In this document: piece after piece, positions 12,781-27,949 of the stretch | How the letters are laid out: every line of letters starts with the position of its first letter | Numbering within the stretch: position 1 is the stretch's first letter | From: Octopus vulgaris | Taxonomy: Eukaryota | DNA length: 64,000 nt | Reading direction: 5' to 3' | NCBI GenBank assembly: GCA_951406725.2 | Contig: OX597815.1 | Coordinates: 16,058,001 to 16,122,000 of the forward strand | Translations under genes and position numbers: made by a program | Notes under the pieces: generated by a model | Databases searched by the model: none | The model's input: the letters and a program-made list of their open reading frames with translations, nothing else | Told to the model about the DNA's origin: nothing

Positions 12781-14244
12781 AACAAATGACAATTTTTAGG
12801 GCCGACAAAAGTTATGATCACTGACCTTTCTTGTGCAGCTCCTTAGTAAAATCTGAACTCTTAATTTGGATTCAAATAATTTCTGCCTGAAGAAACTGCG
12901 GCAACCAAATTGATTAAAATCTAGTTATCACTCCCAACACACATACATTTGTGAAAAAATGAACACTAGTCAGTATCAAGTATAAAAAGATCATGTGACC
13001 TGAGAAACCTCATAAAAAAGAAAGCAGTCCAATCCAAACATTGTCCATACTGCCATAAAACTCAATAACAAAGCTGGTAAATTGAAACATGAGCATAATA
13101 AATATATTCACCCCACAACAAAGTTTTGAGTTCTCTCTTTAAGACCTTATAACAGTGTTTTATGTTTATTCCACTATGAGTGTTTGTATGCATGGGTATG
13201 TGTATATATCATCATCATCATTTTACATCCACTTCCCATGTTGGCATGCATTGGACTGTTTGACTGGACCCAGCAAACCAGAGGACCATGTTATGCTCTA
13301 ATTCCCCTCTTTTGGTATGGTTTCTATTGATGGATGCCCTTCCTGACACCAACCACATTATAAAGTGTACCAGATGCTTCTTTTTTTTTTTTTTGTAGCA
13401 CCAGCGCTAATGAGATGGCCTTGCAACTAGCAAGACTAAAGAGGCTCAAAGCCTCCCAAGACTTGAAGGAGAATAGGAGAGAGAATATGATGACTCTACA
13501 TGAGATGATGAGAGAGGGTAAAGTATGAGAGGGACAACTTTATAATTGTGGGAGGGCAGACAGAGTTATAGAGTAGATACTATTGAAGGTAGGAGTTCAA
13601 AACATTTTTTCACGCTGAGAGTTGCTGAAGCATGGAACAGACTGCCAGCATCAGTTGTTAGTTGTCGGAGCACTGCATCCTTCAAAACTTCCATGCTTCC
13701 TGAGATTATACACTACACCTGATTTTCTCCCCTCCATACACACACAAGCATGTGTCTGACTCATACACTGTTCACTTTCCAGACATTTGCATATTATTGC
13801 ATATGCTTTATACACACTTTTGACAAGTTGTGGTGCACCTGAGCACTGTATACAATAATTTCATTATTAATGTTATTTTGAAAGGAACAGGTAGAAATGC
13901 TATGTTTTAAAAAGAACCATCTAAAATAGAACTGTTACCACTGTTAAGGGCAATTCTTGCTTCTCTCTAAGCACACATCCTGCCATGTTGAACAGGGTTC
14001 TCCAATGTCACTTAGCTCTCTTACTTCGGAACAGTCGTGTTCCATGTAAATTCTTAACAATAAATGTGACTAACCATGCAGCTCTTCTACAAGAACCTGC
14101 TTTGCACCCTCTCTTCTCTCATAATTTAATCCCTTACTCCCTAGCGTGAAACCAAACCTCTCCCTTGGGTTTGTAGTCTTGTAAATTGCATGACAACTTC
14201 AATAGCCAATGGCATAAAAAGAACACCCAGTACATATTGTAAAG

Positions 14245-14521
14245 CAGTGGTTCCCAAACTTTTTCGGGCTACCACCCCCTTGACACCCTGACCACATCCC
14301 TAGTGCCCCCACCCCAACTAACCCTCACAAACACAGACCTCTTTCTGAAGCAAATTCAAAGCAACTGTATTTTTCACAAATAAAACTTAACCTAATGAAC
14401 CCATTATTTTTTTTTTTTTTACATGAATCACTACCCCATTATCACCCCACTTTTCTTCAACACCCCCTTGGAACTTCCACCTCCACCAAGGGGGCAATAC
14501 CACTCATTTTGGGAACCCCTG
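14245..14521. mobile_element. hAT (Charlie-like) MITE
   Basis: TIRs CAGTGGTTCCCAAA / TTTGGGAACCCCTG. 8-bp TSD TTGTAAAG/GTGTAAAG. Confidence 0.85.
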
Positions 14522-15391
14522 GTGTAAAGAAAGGGCATCCAGCCATAGAAATCATGCCAAAGCAGACACTGGCACACAATGTAGTCCTGGGAAACATAAG
14601 ATCCTGTCAAACCATCCAAACGTGGCCATCATGGAGCATAAACATAGAATGAGGATGATAAAAACAAATGATGAATTGAAAACTTTTATGATTCAAACCT
14701 CATCAATCTTCAAGGGCTTGCAAAGATTACTGATCCCTCATCCCCATTGAATACATATATATATATGACCAAATTAGCTCTGATGGAGGTTGCTCTGAAA
14801 GTACAGTTGTTAGTATAAGAGCTAGTTGGACAAAGTTCAGAGAGCCATTACCTTTGTAACAAAGGGCCTCTCCCTCACAGTTAAAGGCAGATTATATGAT
14901 GTCTGTGTGCAGACAGCTATGTTATATGGCAGTGAAGCATGAGCTGTGACTGCAGAGGACATATGATGGTTTGAAAGAAATGATGTGCACTGTCAGCATG
15001 CATGTATGACAAAGTGTTTTGAGAGAAAAATTGGGCATAAGAGGCATCAGTTGAGGTGTGCAAGAGAGAAGACTGCACTTGTATAGTCATGTAATACATA
15101 TGAATGAGGACAACTGCACAAGTGCTTATCTTTAAATATGGAAGAGTAAGATGTGGGACAAAGTGGTGAGAAATGATTTTCAGATGTTAAGCCTCACAGA
15201 GGAAATGACGAAGAACTGTGACAACTGGCAATATGATGTGCTTGAGAAGACCTGTCATCAAAATAAAATCCAAATGGAAGGTCGGGAATATTTGAGGGTT
15301 AGAAGGAAAAGAAGTAGTGTAAGAAATTGATATGCAGTGGTAGGGGGTCGGTAAGTTAATGACAGCTTAACATAAGCTATCATTCAAATCA

Positions 15392-15425
<34 letters not shown>

Positions 15426-18400
15426 TTTTGACATGATGAAAAACAGGTGCACTCACTCTACCAGTTAACTAAAATCTAAATTAAAAAATAACATTGTGTG
15501 TGTATGTGCGTATGCATGCATGTATTTTTGTATGTGAGAATCTGTATAGCTGCCAACCTACTGGAAATAACACTCAAATCTCAATGTCATACGCTAACAT
15601 TATATAAACGAGAGGACACATTAGATAAGACAGAACAAGTATACAGACACACATATGTACCCTAAGCTTAAATTTAGCAGGTGAGGTCCTTTCTAAACTT
15701 ATTTAGCATGTGGCTATTTGCCCCTCTTGATATTTACCTCTCTATATCAAGGGAGCTCCTTTTTAAGGTACTGGACTTCACTAGGTCCTACACCGAAGTT
15801 AGTGATAAGGATATATTTACATTGTCATGCATGTCAAAAAAAACTTATTCTTCAGTAAAGAGTTCGTTTGGGCCAAGCAAATTGACCCAGAAGGCTCCTT
15901 TGACATGGTAATGGGTACATTCAAGTCCTCCAACATCCTGGAGAGACGTAATGTGTGTGGTAAGACATTTGCTTCCCAGCCACATAGTTCTGGGTTCAGT
16001 CCAACCGTGTAGTGCTTTGGGCAAATGCCTTCAACTACAGCCTCAAGCTGACCAAAGCCTTGTGAGTGGATTTGGTAGATGGAAACTGAAAGAAGCCTAT
16101 CAAATATATATCAATGTGTTTTCGTGTCTGTGTTCGTTCCCTCCACCACTGCTTGACAAGCAGTGTTAGTGTGTTTACATCCCTATAACTTAGTAGTTCA
16201 GCAAAAGCGATTAACAGAATAAATATCAGGCTTTAAAAAAATTAAGTACTGGGGTCAGTTCATTCAATTAAAATTCTTCAAAGTGATGCCCCAGCATGGC
16301 CGCAGTCTAAAGACTGAAACAAGTAAATGATAAAGGATATATATATATCTTATTTCACAGCAACAGTTAGCGACACAAATCTGAATGAAATAGCTTGATT
16401 GACAGACTAACACACTGATGAGGTAGTTTCTTTGTTGAGAACCAGGCAAACTGGTCTGGGTGTTTGTTAATGGATTCATATGCTTAAAAATGAGGACAGT
16501 TGTTTATTTATGAAGAAAATCACTTTTACTTCAGTAGTACTGGCAATCTGATAAGGAAGCAAAGATTAAACAGCTGGATACTCTTCCTGTTGCCAACTGC
16601 CACTTGTTTTGCGAGTATCATTTCACTGATACTCACATGTCTGCTAAACATGACATTGTTCAGTTGAGAATCTAAGCAATGTCAGTTTTTTTTATTTTTA
16701 AATAATTTGTCAGAGCACTGCATCCTTCAAAACTTCCATGCTTCCTGAGATTTGCCAACACTACACCTGATTTTCTCTCCTCCATACACACACAAGCATG
16801 TATCTGACTCATACACTGTTCACTTTCCAGACATTTGTACATTACTGCATATGCTTTATACGCACCTTTGACAAGTTGTGGTGCACCTGAACACTGTATA
16901 CAAAAATTTCATTATTATTATTATATATGAAAACAACGGGAATTGACATTTAAATACACATATTCTCTCTCTTTCTCTCTCTCTCTCTCTTTCTTTTTCT
17001 CACACATACACACACACATATGAATGACAAGTTCATATAATTTCCTTCTACTTATCGTGTTCACTAATAGTTGGTTAGATTAAGTCAGCGCCGCCTAACT
17101 GGCGTCTGTGTTGGTGACACATAAAAGCACCAACCAATCATGGCCTTTTGCCAGCCTCATCTGGCCCCTGTGCCAGTGGCACGTAAAAAGACACCCACTA
17201 CACTCACGGAGTGGTTGGTGTTAGGAAGGGCATCCAGCTGTAGAAACACTGCCAGATCAGACTGGAGCCTGGTGCAGCCTCCTAGCTTCCCAGACCCCAG
17301 TCGAACCGCCCAACCCATGTTAGTATGGAAAACGGACGTTAAATGATGATGATGATGATGATTAAGGCTATAGTTGAAGACACTTGCTCAAGATGCTGCA
17401 CTGGGACCAAACTCCAAAAATACACAATTGCAAAATGAACTTCATAACCACACTGCCATATATACATAAGTCTATTGTATTATGATGTCAAGAAACTAAT
17501 TATACTTTTTGTAGACAGCACAGAAAATGGTTTTGGAGCATGTATATTACAAGATGCTCGTCTTATCATGGATGCATCACATGCATTAACCCCACATGCA
17601 TTGTATGTGATTGGGTGAATGACTAAAAGGAAAGACAGGAGAAACCAGTGACACATTCAACCGTCAAAAGAAGCTGATGGTCAGTTCAAACATTGACCAG
17701 CACAACTGTCTTATGAACAAACTGGGAATAACCAACTATGCCTAGCTTAGTAGAGTACCCTACTCTAAATGAACCACTTCCATAAGCTGGCAAGATTATA
17801 ACAAAAAGTGATCATGTAATCAGAAAACTAATAAAGTACAGAATCCAATGAGTCCTCATTCTGGCCAGAATAACACTACAAGAATACGAGGGTACTCTAC
17901 CCCTGTGATTGTTTATGTGTAAAATAATTTATATGCTTTACATCTTAAGATAAGAAGTTGTCGGAGCACTGCATCCTTCAAACCTTCCATGCTTCCTGAG
18001 ATTTGCCAACACTATACCTGATTTTCTCCTCTCCATACACATGCAAGCATGTATTTCTCACATACACTGTTCGCTTTCCAGACATTTGTACATTACTGCA
18101 TATGCTTTATACACACTTTTGACAAGTTGTGGTGCACCTGAGCACTGTATACAATAATTTCATTATTATATTATTAAATATAATATATTGAGTTATTTTC
18201 CTTTAATTCTAAGATCACTTGTTACTGTTTCATTTAACCAATTCTATTTAACCCTTTCGATACCAACCTGCCAGAAACAGGCTCTGGATCTGTAGTACAA
18301 ATGTTTTGTTTTCATAAGTTTTGAATTAAAATCATCCACCAAACCTTAGTCGCAATTTATGTTTCTAACACTAGCTTCATGATAACTAAGTTATTTTACT

Positions 18401-20645
18401 AAATTCTGTGTTATATTTAAAGAAAAACAGATCATCTCAAAATAAATACTTATAAAATCTCCTCATATTTTATCATGACATCTATATCATTTTAACACAA
18501 CATATCAGTAAGCCAACATTTCTTAATTAAAATTACACTTCTTGCAAGAATATAAGAAAAACATCTTTTAATGATTAATTCTAGCCAAGATAGATAGGGA
18601 AGACAATTCTGAAGTTTTAATTATTTAAAAATTGAATGTGGACTTGAAGTGGAGAATGAATTTATCTCTGACATGAATGATAACATCTCATGACATGTTT
18701 CAGTATTATTTGACCTTCTCAGTGAAAAATTATCTTCCCTTATATTTACCAGACCTTAAGATAACAGAGTAATTTCACCAAGCCATTATATATGTATATA
18801 TATATATATGATGATGATGATGATATATATAAAACTTGGTTTATATATTTGTGGTTGCAATCAAATTGTCTTCAAATAACACAAGCATTATCACCATCGT
18901 ATCAATACTACTTTCCTTCACACCATCACCAGTTTCTCTCACATGACCACTAGGAGGCCTCCACAAAATTGTTAGACCTTGAAATTGCAGCAAAATTTTT
19001 CTCACACCACATCTTAAAAAGAGAGGGCATGTTGGATAACATAGTCCTAGACATACAGACTGAAATAAAGATGGAATGATCATGGATGGAATGTCTAGGG
19101 TTACTAGTTTGTTCCTACAGAGCTCACTTGGGACTAAACAACAACAAGAGAGAGCATCTATGTAGGGATCACAGTGAATTAATTTTTGAAAATATTTAAT
19201 CTAACTTCTGCTGTACTTTATTCTTGGAGAGCATCCAAAAAGAAACATTTTGATACCTCATTTGTGAAATTTGGACAAATATTTTAGGAAATATGACCAC
19301 TTTTGGATGGTCAGCAACTTGGCCAGAATCTTGCCCAATTGACCATATTTTTGAAACTGAGGTGCTAATCATCTTCAAATTACATAAATTAATAGGTCAT
19401 GGGATAGTAAGTTGCCCATTTTTTTCCCATATCCTTGAAAAGGAAATTATTTTTTGGCAATTTTAAAAATATTTATGGAAAGCATATTTTGTTGCATGTA
19501 ACAAAGTTGATTTTGTGATGTTTTCAGACCAAACTAAATCCAAAAGTACAAGCCACAGGAACTTGCGTTTTGGCACATTTGTAGTAGATATAAAACTAAA
19601 GAAATTCTAAGATTTTGGGACATTGTACCATTTCAATAAAATTTTAATGAACTATTATAAATAGCTATAAATGGTGAAGTTTGGGATCAGGATGCCCACT
19701 TAAGTTTGATTTTCTCCATTTTGATGGGGATTTTTCCAATTTTTTTCCATCACAGCCTTGGTAATTAATCAGCAGAAGCTTTTTATGAAAAAATATTTTT
19801 GAAAATCTATACTTTTTTTCACCCTGCAATTTTTTTTTTTTTTGTGCTATGCACTTAAAAATGATGTGAAGAAGTCTTTTGGTAAAAAAAAAAAAAAAAA
19901 TTCAAAATATTTTCATATACAAAGGTATTTGATTTAAGGGAAATTTTAGCTGTTGTTTCTTGCACATACCATGACAACCTGGTACTTTTCTCAAAATTGC
20001 ATGTAAACCGAGATTAAAAAACCGAACAAAATGTGAAAACTAAAAAAAAACAATTCCTTGTTTCAACATTAAAAACAAATTAAAGGCATTAAAACCATCT
20101 GTAACTTACAACAAATTCATTATTGGAAGAGAGAAAAATCCCACCAAACACTACTTATGAAAATGTAAACACTATCACAAATTATCTGACTGTTTTCAAA
20201 ATCAGAGCAGTGGGGACATCACATTGGACTTCAGTAGTTTACTCAATAATATTCATTGCACAATATAATTTTTATTGGCAGAATTTCCCTCAAAGCATGC
20301 CTTATTGTTTAAAAAATGGAAAGTTACATTGGATAGTGTAGTTTTAAATATACTATATTTAAAAAAAACAACAATACAAGCAAATAAAAGAGCCAGTATG
20401 TAGTTGGTGGGTTTGCTTGAAATAGCAGCCATATCTCAAAATCACACTCATCTAAAAAAAAAAGTGGAGCATACATTGGATAATGTAGTCCTAGATACAC
20501 TGTGTCCAAATATCAGATGAGATTGTAATGGCTTAAACATTCTTGATCTAATGCTTTTTACCAATGCTAATTACCAAATACTTTTAACAAAAACTATGTT
20601 CCACAACTTACATTATTGGCAGAATTGATAGAGTAGAGGGGAAAA

Positions 20646-20745
20646 NNNNNNNNNNNNNNNNNNNNNNNNNNNNNNNNNNNNNNNNNNNNNNNNNNNNNNN
20701 NNNNNNNNNNNNNNNNNNNNNNNNNNNNNNNNNNNNNNNNNNNNN
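20646..20745. other. Assembly gap (100 N)
   Basis: Run of N. Confidence 1.
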
Positions 20746-22290
20746 ACGTCAACCATTTTACAGGGTGTGCTGGGTGCTTTTACGTGGCACTGCAGAGGGA
20801 ACTTTTACCAGACACCACACAGGAGCTTTTACATGAAACATACAGACCCTTTTACATGATACTGCACAGGTGCTTTTATTTGTCACCACACGGGTGCATT
20901 TATGTGACACTGCACGAGCACTTTTATGAGGCACTGCCATGAGTGTTGTACTGTAAACCACCTGGAGGATTGGTCCTCACACTTCTGCTGCAGAGTACAG
21001 GTTTTCTTGAGTACCACAAGGCACCAGGTGTCTCAACGCTTTGTCATCTCACCTAAGAGGTTCAGCTTCCTGAGGTTGTTCTTCAGTACTTCATCCCATG
21101 TCTTCCTGGTCTCCCACTTCCATGTGTTCCATCTACTTTGATAGATTAGCACTTCTTTCTGGAGCTGTCGGCATCTATCCTTATCACATGACCAAACCAG
21201 CACAGTCTTCTCTCTTGCACACAGCAACCAATTTCTCTTATGCCTAAATTCTCTCTCAGAATACTAACACTCTGTCAAACATGTACACTTACATTACACA
21301 TCCAGTGGAGTATGCTAGCTTCATTCCTTTCTAACCTTCACATGTCCTCTGCACTCGGGTCCCACATCTTTCTACCATGTAGAATTGCTGTCTGTATACA
21401 CGCATCATACAATCTTCTTTTCACTCGAAGAGAGAAACCTTTCATGGCCAACAGATGTAACAGCTCTTTGAATTTCCTCCCCACTATTCTTATAGAACTT
21501 TAATGAAGTTCTATAGTTCATAATGTAAGAAAATCTGTTTTCACATTGGATCTGTTTTGACCCCTAAATACCATTGTTTTCTCTTGGACCAATTTCTACT
21601 CTTAAATAATCTCTTTTGCTAGGATTCTTCTGCCAACAAAGTAATCCTACTTTCCTCGTTGCAACTTTGCACTGGATAAAAGTTTTCCTGCTAAGCCTGC
21701 TAGATATTTGAAGTTACTCTAGACCTGTCAGATGTACAGACAGCGAGTTAGACAGTGAATTGGTGAAGTCATTAAAACATAGAAAAAAATAACTTGCATT
21801 ATTTGTTCCAGCTCTCAGCACTCTCAGTTCAAATTCTGCGACAGACATCTCTGCCTTTCATCCTTTCAGAGTTGGTTAAATAAAGCACCAGTCCAGAATT
21901 GATGGAATTATTAGAGCATCAGAAGAGATGCTTTGTGAGTTTGTTCTAGTTCTTTGTAATCTAAATTCTTGGGTTGTAGATTTAATCTGTCTTTTGGTTT
22001 AATACTCCCATCTGCTCCTTGGGTTCCTATAGTGGTGTTCACTCCCTGGCAAATATTTGGTTCAAGTCTCCAGTTTGAAGATAACTTCTTTTCTACCTCC
22101 TGTTAGTCATGGAGTCCTTGAAAAAAAAATATTAAAGAATTACAGATGCTGCTCTTCTCTTCCTGATTAAAGAACAAAGTAAAGATGAAAAAGACACACA
22201 CATTGACAAATAACAAATATACCTCACAACTTTGCAATGATATGTACATAAATACAGTCATATCCACAAGAGAAGCCCTCTGGAGCAATA

Positions 22291-22354
<64 letters not shown>

Positions 22355-22366
22355 AAATAAAAATAG

Positions 22367-22905
22367 ATGAACATCAATGGAATTTGTATCCTTGTGGGTG
22401 GCACATAAGAAAACCATCCGAACATGACCGTAGCCAGTACCGCATCGACTGGCCTCCATGCTGTGGGCACGTAACAAACAACATCCGAGCGTGGCCGTTC
22501 GCCAGCCTCGTCTGGCACCTGTGTCGGTGGCACATAAGAAAACACCATCCGAGCGTGGCCGTCTGCCAGCCTCGTCTGGCACTTGTGTCGGTGGCACATA
22601 AAAACACCATCCGAGCGTGGCCGTCTGCCAGCCTCGTCTGGCACTTGTGTCGGTGGCACATAAGAAAACACCATCCAAGCGTGGCCGTCTGCCAGCCTCG
22701 TCTGGCACCTGTGTCGGTGGCTCATAAAATCACCCACTACACTCTCGGAGTGGTTGGCGTTAGGAAGGGCATCCAGCTGTAGAAACATTGCCAGATCTGA
22801 CTGGCCTGGTGCAGCCTTCGAGCTTGCCAGACCCCAGTTGAACCGTCCAACCCATGCTAGCATGGAAAGCGGACGTTAAACGATGATGATGATGATGATG
22901 ATGAT
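22367..22905 (+). mobile_element. RTE 3' UTR fragment with (GAT)n tail and an internal 62-64-bp tandem array (about 20 related tails in the window)
   Basis: Shared end AACCCATGCTAGCATGGAAAGCGGACGTTAAAC(GAT)n. Other copies at about 412-620, 3188-3389, 9510-9847, 17085-17361, 27172-27362, 29480-29775, 40759-41052, 45400-45735, 50370-50560 and 60878-61028. Confidence 0.8.
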
Positions 22906-24253
22906 ATATCGTTTATATTATAATTGATGAACATAAGTATTGTTGGATCCAAGTTTCCAATATGTCAGTCACTGATTCACTGCATTTCTGACAGCACGAA
23001 TGACAAGAGAGTGTCTGTAACTTGCTGCAGAACAAATATCACAAGGGGCTTCATTTGTAAAACACTGATTTTTGCTTTTTCTTCTTCATCTCCACACTAT
23101 AACATTGACCAAAGGTGCATGCACACACACACACACACACATATGCACGCACACTCCCCACACATATACACATGCACACACACACATGCATGCACACCCC
23201 ACACATATGCACACACACACATGCACACACACCCTGCACATACACGCATGCATGCACACACACACACATGTACATATTATATATCATCATCATCATCATC
23301 ATCATATAACATCCATTTTCCAGTTTGATAGGAGCTGGAAAGCCAGAGAGCTGTACCAGGCTCCCATTGCCTGTTTTGGCATAGATTCTACAGCAGGATG
23401 CCCTTCTTAACACCAACCACTTTACAGAGTGTACTGGGTGCTTTTTATATGAAATCAGCACAGGTGCTTTTTATATGGCACCAGCACAGCTGTTTTCTAT
23501 GTGGAACCAGCACAGTGGAGTTGACAAGTAGCTTGCAAGACAGAGACCTCTCAGCTAAGAGAGTGAATGGAACTGAGGGAAACGACTGTGAGCTAGGTGA
23601 GAGTTTAGATTATAATAGAAGAACGGAAGTAGTTGTCTTGTTATTGAGGAGATACTTGGCCATCTCTGTAGGACAAGGAAGAAGAGGAAGGTGAGAGAGA
23701 GAGAGTTAGAAAGACAAAGAGAGAGAGAGTTAGTGAGAGAGAAATTTATTATGTTGGAAATGTATCTGATTCTACTCTCATGGAACAGTGGTGGTAGGGG
23801 GAAGGAGAGTATAAGTAGTACAGAGAGGATTGAAAAAGATGTTCCATAAGAGTGTGAGGGGGAGATATTTGGAGAAGCGGGGGAAGACATGACTGTAACA
23901 AGTGAGGTTGAGAGAAATTGGAGTGGCTGGGAAGTGGGGTATGGTAGATATGTGAAGGTGTGGAGAGTGTGTTGATTGGCACGTGAGGGAGGAGGGGAGG
24001 AGCCTGCAGCAGGTTGCAACAGCATTGGGAAGATGGATTGTGCAAAGGTTTTGACGCAGGACATATTTTGTGTGTGGGGGAGCATGTCCTTTGAGGACCA
24101 TAAAGGACATGCCACTATGTATGGACAATCATGATTTTACTTAGCTGACATCACTTCTTAAGCAAAGCAAATCACCAGAAGTCTCAGTTCCTCGTAATCT
24201 CTTCTGTGAAGCTCAACATCTGAAGATCATTTCTCACTATTTCGTCCCATACC

Positions 24254-24670
24254 TGTTTCTTTATTACCCTCAAGGGGCTAAACACAGAGGGGACAAACAA
24301 GGACAGACATAGGTATTAAGTCGATTATATCGACTCCCAGTGCGTAACTGGTACTTAATTTATCGACCCCGAAAGGATGAAAGGCAAAGTCGACCTCGGT
24401 GGAATTTGAACTCACAACGTTACGACAGACGACATACCTATTTCTTTATTACCCACAAGGGGCTAAACACAGAGGGGACAAACAAGGACAGACATAGGTA
24501 TTAAGTCGATTATATCGACCTCCAGTGCATAACTGGTACTTAATTTATCGACCCCGAAAGGATGAAAGGCAAAGTCGACCTCGGCGGAATTTGAACTCAC
24601 AACGTTACGACAGATGACATACCATGAAGCATTTTGCCCGGCGCGCTAACGTTTCTGCCAGCTCGCCGCC
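24254..24670 (-). mobile_element. SINE family C with about 180-bp tandem duplication and about 14-bp TSD, inside an RTE remnant
   Basis: TSD TTTCRTCCCATACC. Core GTCGACTTTGCCTTTCATCCTTTCGGGGTCGATAAA recurs at about 26130-26590, 39160-39372, 44330-44501 and 60600-60710. Confidence 0.85.
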
Positions 24671-25470
24671 TTTCATCCCATACCATCTTGGGTCTACCCC
24701 TTCCACAGGTCCCCTTCACAATTAGAGATCAGCACTTCTTTATGTAGCTGTCCTCATCCATATGCATCACATAACCATACCAGTGCAGTCTTCTCTCTTG
24801 CAATCAACATCTGATGTCTCTTATCCCCATTTTCCTCTTAAATCCTTTACACTGTCATCACATGCACACTGACACAACCTATCCAGCTTCTTTTCTTTCA
24901 AGCCTTCACATGTCTTCTGTAGTCAGAGCCCCATGTTTCACTGCTATGTAGCATAGTTGTCTGTACACATGCATCATACAGTCCGTCTTTCACTCTGCGG
25001 GGAGGGCCTTTGTTACCAACAAAGATAGTAGCTCTCTGAACTTTGCTCAACCATTCAACCAGATCAAGATTGAAGCCTGGTGCAGCCATCTGGTTTTTCC
25101 AACCCTCAGTCATTCATCCAACCCATGCTAGCATGGAAAGCGGACGTGAAACGATGATGATGATGATGATGATTCTTACTCTAGCAACTATGCTTTCAGA
25201 GTATCCTCCTCCACTGCTAACTTAATCGTCTAGGTAACAGAAGCCATCTACTACTTCTAAGGACCCCCACCCCCTCAAACATTTGTGTCAATTGGTTCTA
25301 ACTCATCTATGGAATATATTTGATAGAATTCTCCTTCATGCTCAACAGAATATTCAAATTCCTGCAGTACTTCTGCAGGTGTGAATATCCTATACCTTTG
25401 CCTTTTTCTCCAGAAATACTTAGCTGCAGTGAACTTTGCTACATGATAAAAAAAAAGTCAGAAAAACTTA

Positions 25471-25855
25471 AGCTGTGTGGTAGGTAACTTGTTTACCAAC
25501 CACATAGTTCTGGGTTCAGTCCCACTGCGTGGCATCTTGGGCAAGTGTCTTTTACTATAGCCTCGGGCTGACCAAAGCCTTGTGAGTGGATTTGGTAAAC
25601 GGAAACGGAAAGAAGCCCATCGTATATATGTATATATGTATATGTCTGTGTGCCTGTATGTTTGTGTTTGTCCCCCTAGCATTGCTTGACAACTGATGCT
25701 GGTGTGTTTATGTCCCCCGTCACTTAGCAGTTCAGCAAAAGAGACCAATAGAATAAGTACTGGGCTTACAAAGAATAAGTCCCGGGGTCGAGTTGCTCGA
25801 TTAAAGGCAGTGCTCCAGCATGGCCACAGTCAAATGACTGAAACAAGTAAAAGAG
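25471..25855 (+). mobile_element. SINE family A
   Basis: Similar to 1801-2242. Confidence 0.85.
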
Positions 25856-26730
25856 TATCTCCAAGCATACATTTGTAAACAAACTAATAATCGAACTTTA
25901 TTCTGATTGGCTGATTTATTCTTTGTTTGACCTAGGTTTTACAGGGAGCTTCCCCATTCCCACTATATCAGTAATTTGGCAGTATCAATTCCAAAATTCC
26001 CAGTATATCAAGAATACAGCTTTACAGGATTAAGAATACAATAGGAAAGACCATCATCATCCTAGGTTAATATCGATTTTACCATTGCTTATATAATGTA
26101 TTACACAAATCTATAAAAGGTTTCTTTATTTTATCAGCCCTGGAAGAATGAAAGGCCAAGTTGACTTTGGTGGGATTTGAACCCAGAATGTAAAGTGTTA
26201 GAATACACAAAGTATTTTCCAATGATCTAATGATTCTACCAACCTGCTACTTTAACTCCCCACTTAACAACTTTTTGAAATTTTTGCACAGGGCTGGCAA
26301 TTCTGAGGAGAGAGGTGTCACCTATATTGATCCCAGTGCTTGACACATATTTATTTTATTGATGATTCTGATAGGATAAATGGTAAAGTTAACCTTGGTA
26401 GCATCTGAATGCAGAATGTTAAATCAGAAGAAATGTTGCTAAGCATTTTGTCTGGCATGCTAGCTATTCTGCCAGCTCACCAGTTTCACTCCCTACTTAA
26501 TAATGGTTTCAATTTTGGCATAAGGCCCGCAGTTTTGAGGGAGGGATAAGTCGCTTAACTGGTACTTAATTTATATGCCCCTAAAGGATAAAAGGCAAAG
26601 TCAACCTCCTTACTTAATAATGACAAAACAGATGGTAATCTTCAGCAGCATCAGATTGTACCCAAACAGCTAAAAAGTCTGTCAATACCATCTTTCATTT
26701 GGTATTGTTTCACCATTTTCAATTTTACAG

Positions 26731-27055
26731 GATCATACCTATCTTTCTCCTGATGAAGAAATACACGAAGAAATTGGAAGGAATTCACCACAAGCACCAA
26801 AAAGATACACCAACAAAGAATTTAAACCCAAAACTCCAGTCCCTTCAATTTCAGTTGTTCCTCCTTCAGATGAAGAATCCCTTGCTAAGCAGGGAAAGGA
26901 AATTGTTGACATGAAAGAGACAGAAGTAATGTCAGGCAATGCAGACCAAGAGATAAGAAAAGCAGAGACTAATGCCAAAAATATATCCCAGAGTGCTGAA
27001 GCATGTAGTGATATGGAGGAAAATGATTCTGTTATTGAAGAAACTGTCGGCCCAG
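26731..27055 (+). CDS. CCDC181: CCDC181-like gene, exon 2 (DHTYLSPDEEIHEE...VIEETVGP)
   Basis: ttttacAG acceptor, 325-nt open acidic frame that includes ORF 26911, CAG|GTATG donor (phase 1). Confidence 0.8.
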
Positions 27056-27912
27056 GTATGACATCTTTACTATTTTATCTACCTTTAACAGAAAGCAAAA
27101 AGGGATATATAATCAAAGTATTCTAGGTGTGAGAAGTAAATGTTACAAATTTATTTATTGTACTTATTATTTCATCATCATCATCGTTTAACGTCCGTTT
27201 TCCGCGCTAGCACGGGTTGGACGGTTTCGACCGGGGTCTGGGGAGCCAGGGGCTGCCCCAGGCTCCAGTCTGGTCTGGCAGTGTTTCTACAGCTGGATGC
27301 CCTTCCTAACGCCAACCACTCCGCGAGTGTAGTGGGTGCTTTTTACGTGCCACCTGCACAGGTACAATAAATTATGTTGTGTCTAAGGAGGGTCATCATC
27401 ATCATTTAACATCTGTTTTCCATGATGGCATGGGTTGGACAGCTTGTTATGAGCTGACAAGGCCAGGGCCATGCCAGGTTTCATAGTCTGTTTTGGCTTG
27501 ATTTCCACAGCTGGATGCCCTTCCTAACACCAACCAGTTTACAGAATGTACTAGATGATTTTTATGTGACACCAGCACCAGTGCTTTCTACATGGCACCA
27601 GCAATTAAAATAAACACATGCACTGGCTCAATAACACTTCTTTCTTTTACCAATTAAATATCCAGTTGTTTGTTTATTGTGTTGATTGAACAATCAGTCG
27701 ATTGTTAGTCTCCTCTGCCAGAGCCCTTTCGCAGCTACTCTCAACATCATCAATGACATGCTCTCACACTTCAAGGTCTGCTTTAAGTCTGTCTGAGAAT
27801 TGGTCTTATGGATGTAAGCATATAGCTAGTCCATAATGCTAAAAAGAAAACACTTTTTATTAGACTGAATAATCTGCCAATGGGATTGTATAAGTAATAT
27901 TAATGAACTATG

Positions 27913-27946
<34 letters not shown>

Positions 27947-27949
27947 TAT

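Noticed and set aside
18248-18450. TTAA-CCC start resembling a piggyBac-like MITE
   Set aside because: No matching right terminus found.
22103-22863. Long overlapping ORFs and a CRISPR-like repeat appearance
   Set aside because: Tandem units of an RTE 3' UTR. The spacers are not unique, there are no cas genes, and the context is eukaryotic.
23555-24128. 186-aa and overlapping ORFs in a purine-rich tract
   Set aside because: Compositionally biased, with no splice context. Probably decayed LINE sequence.
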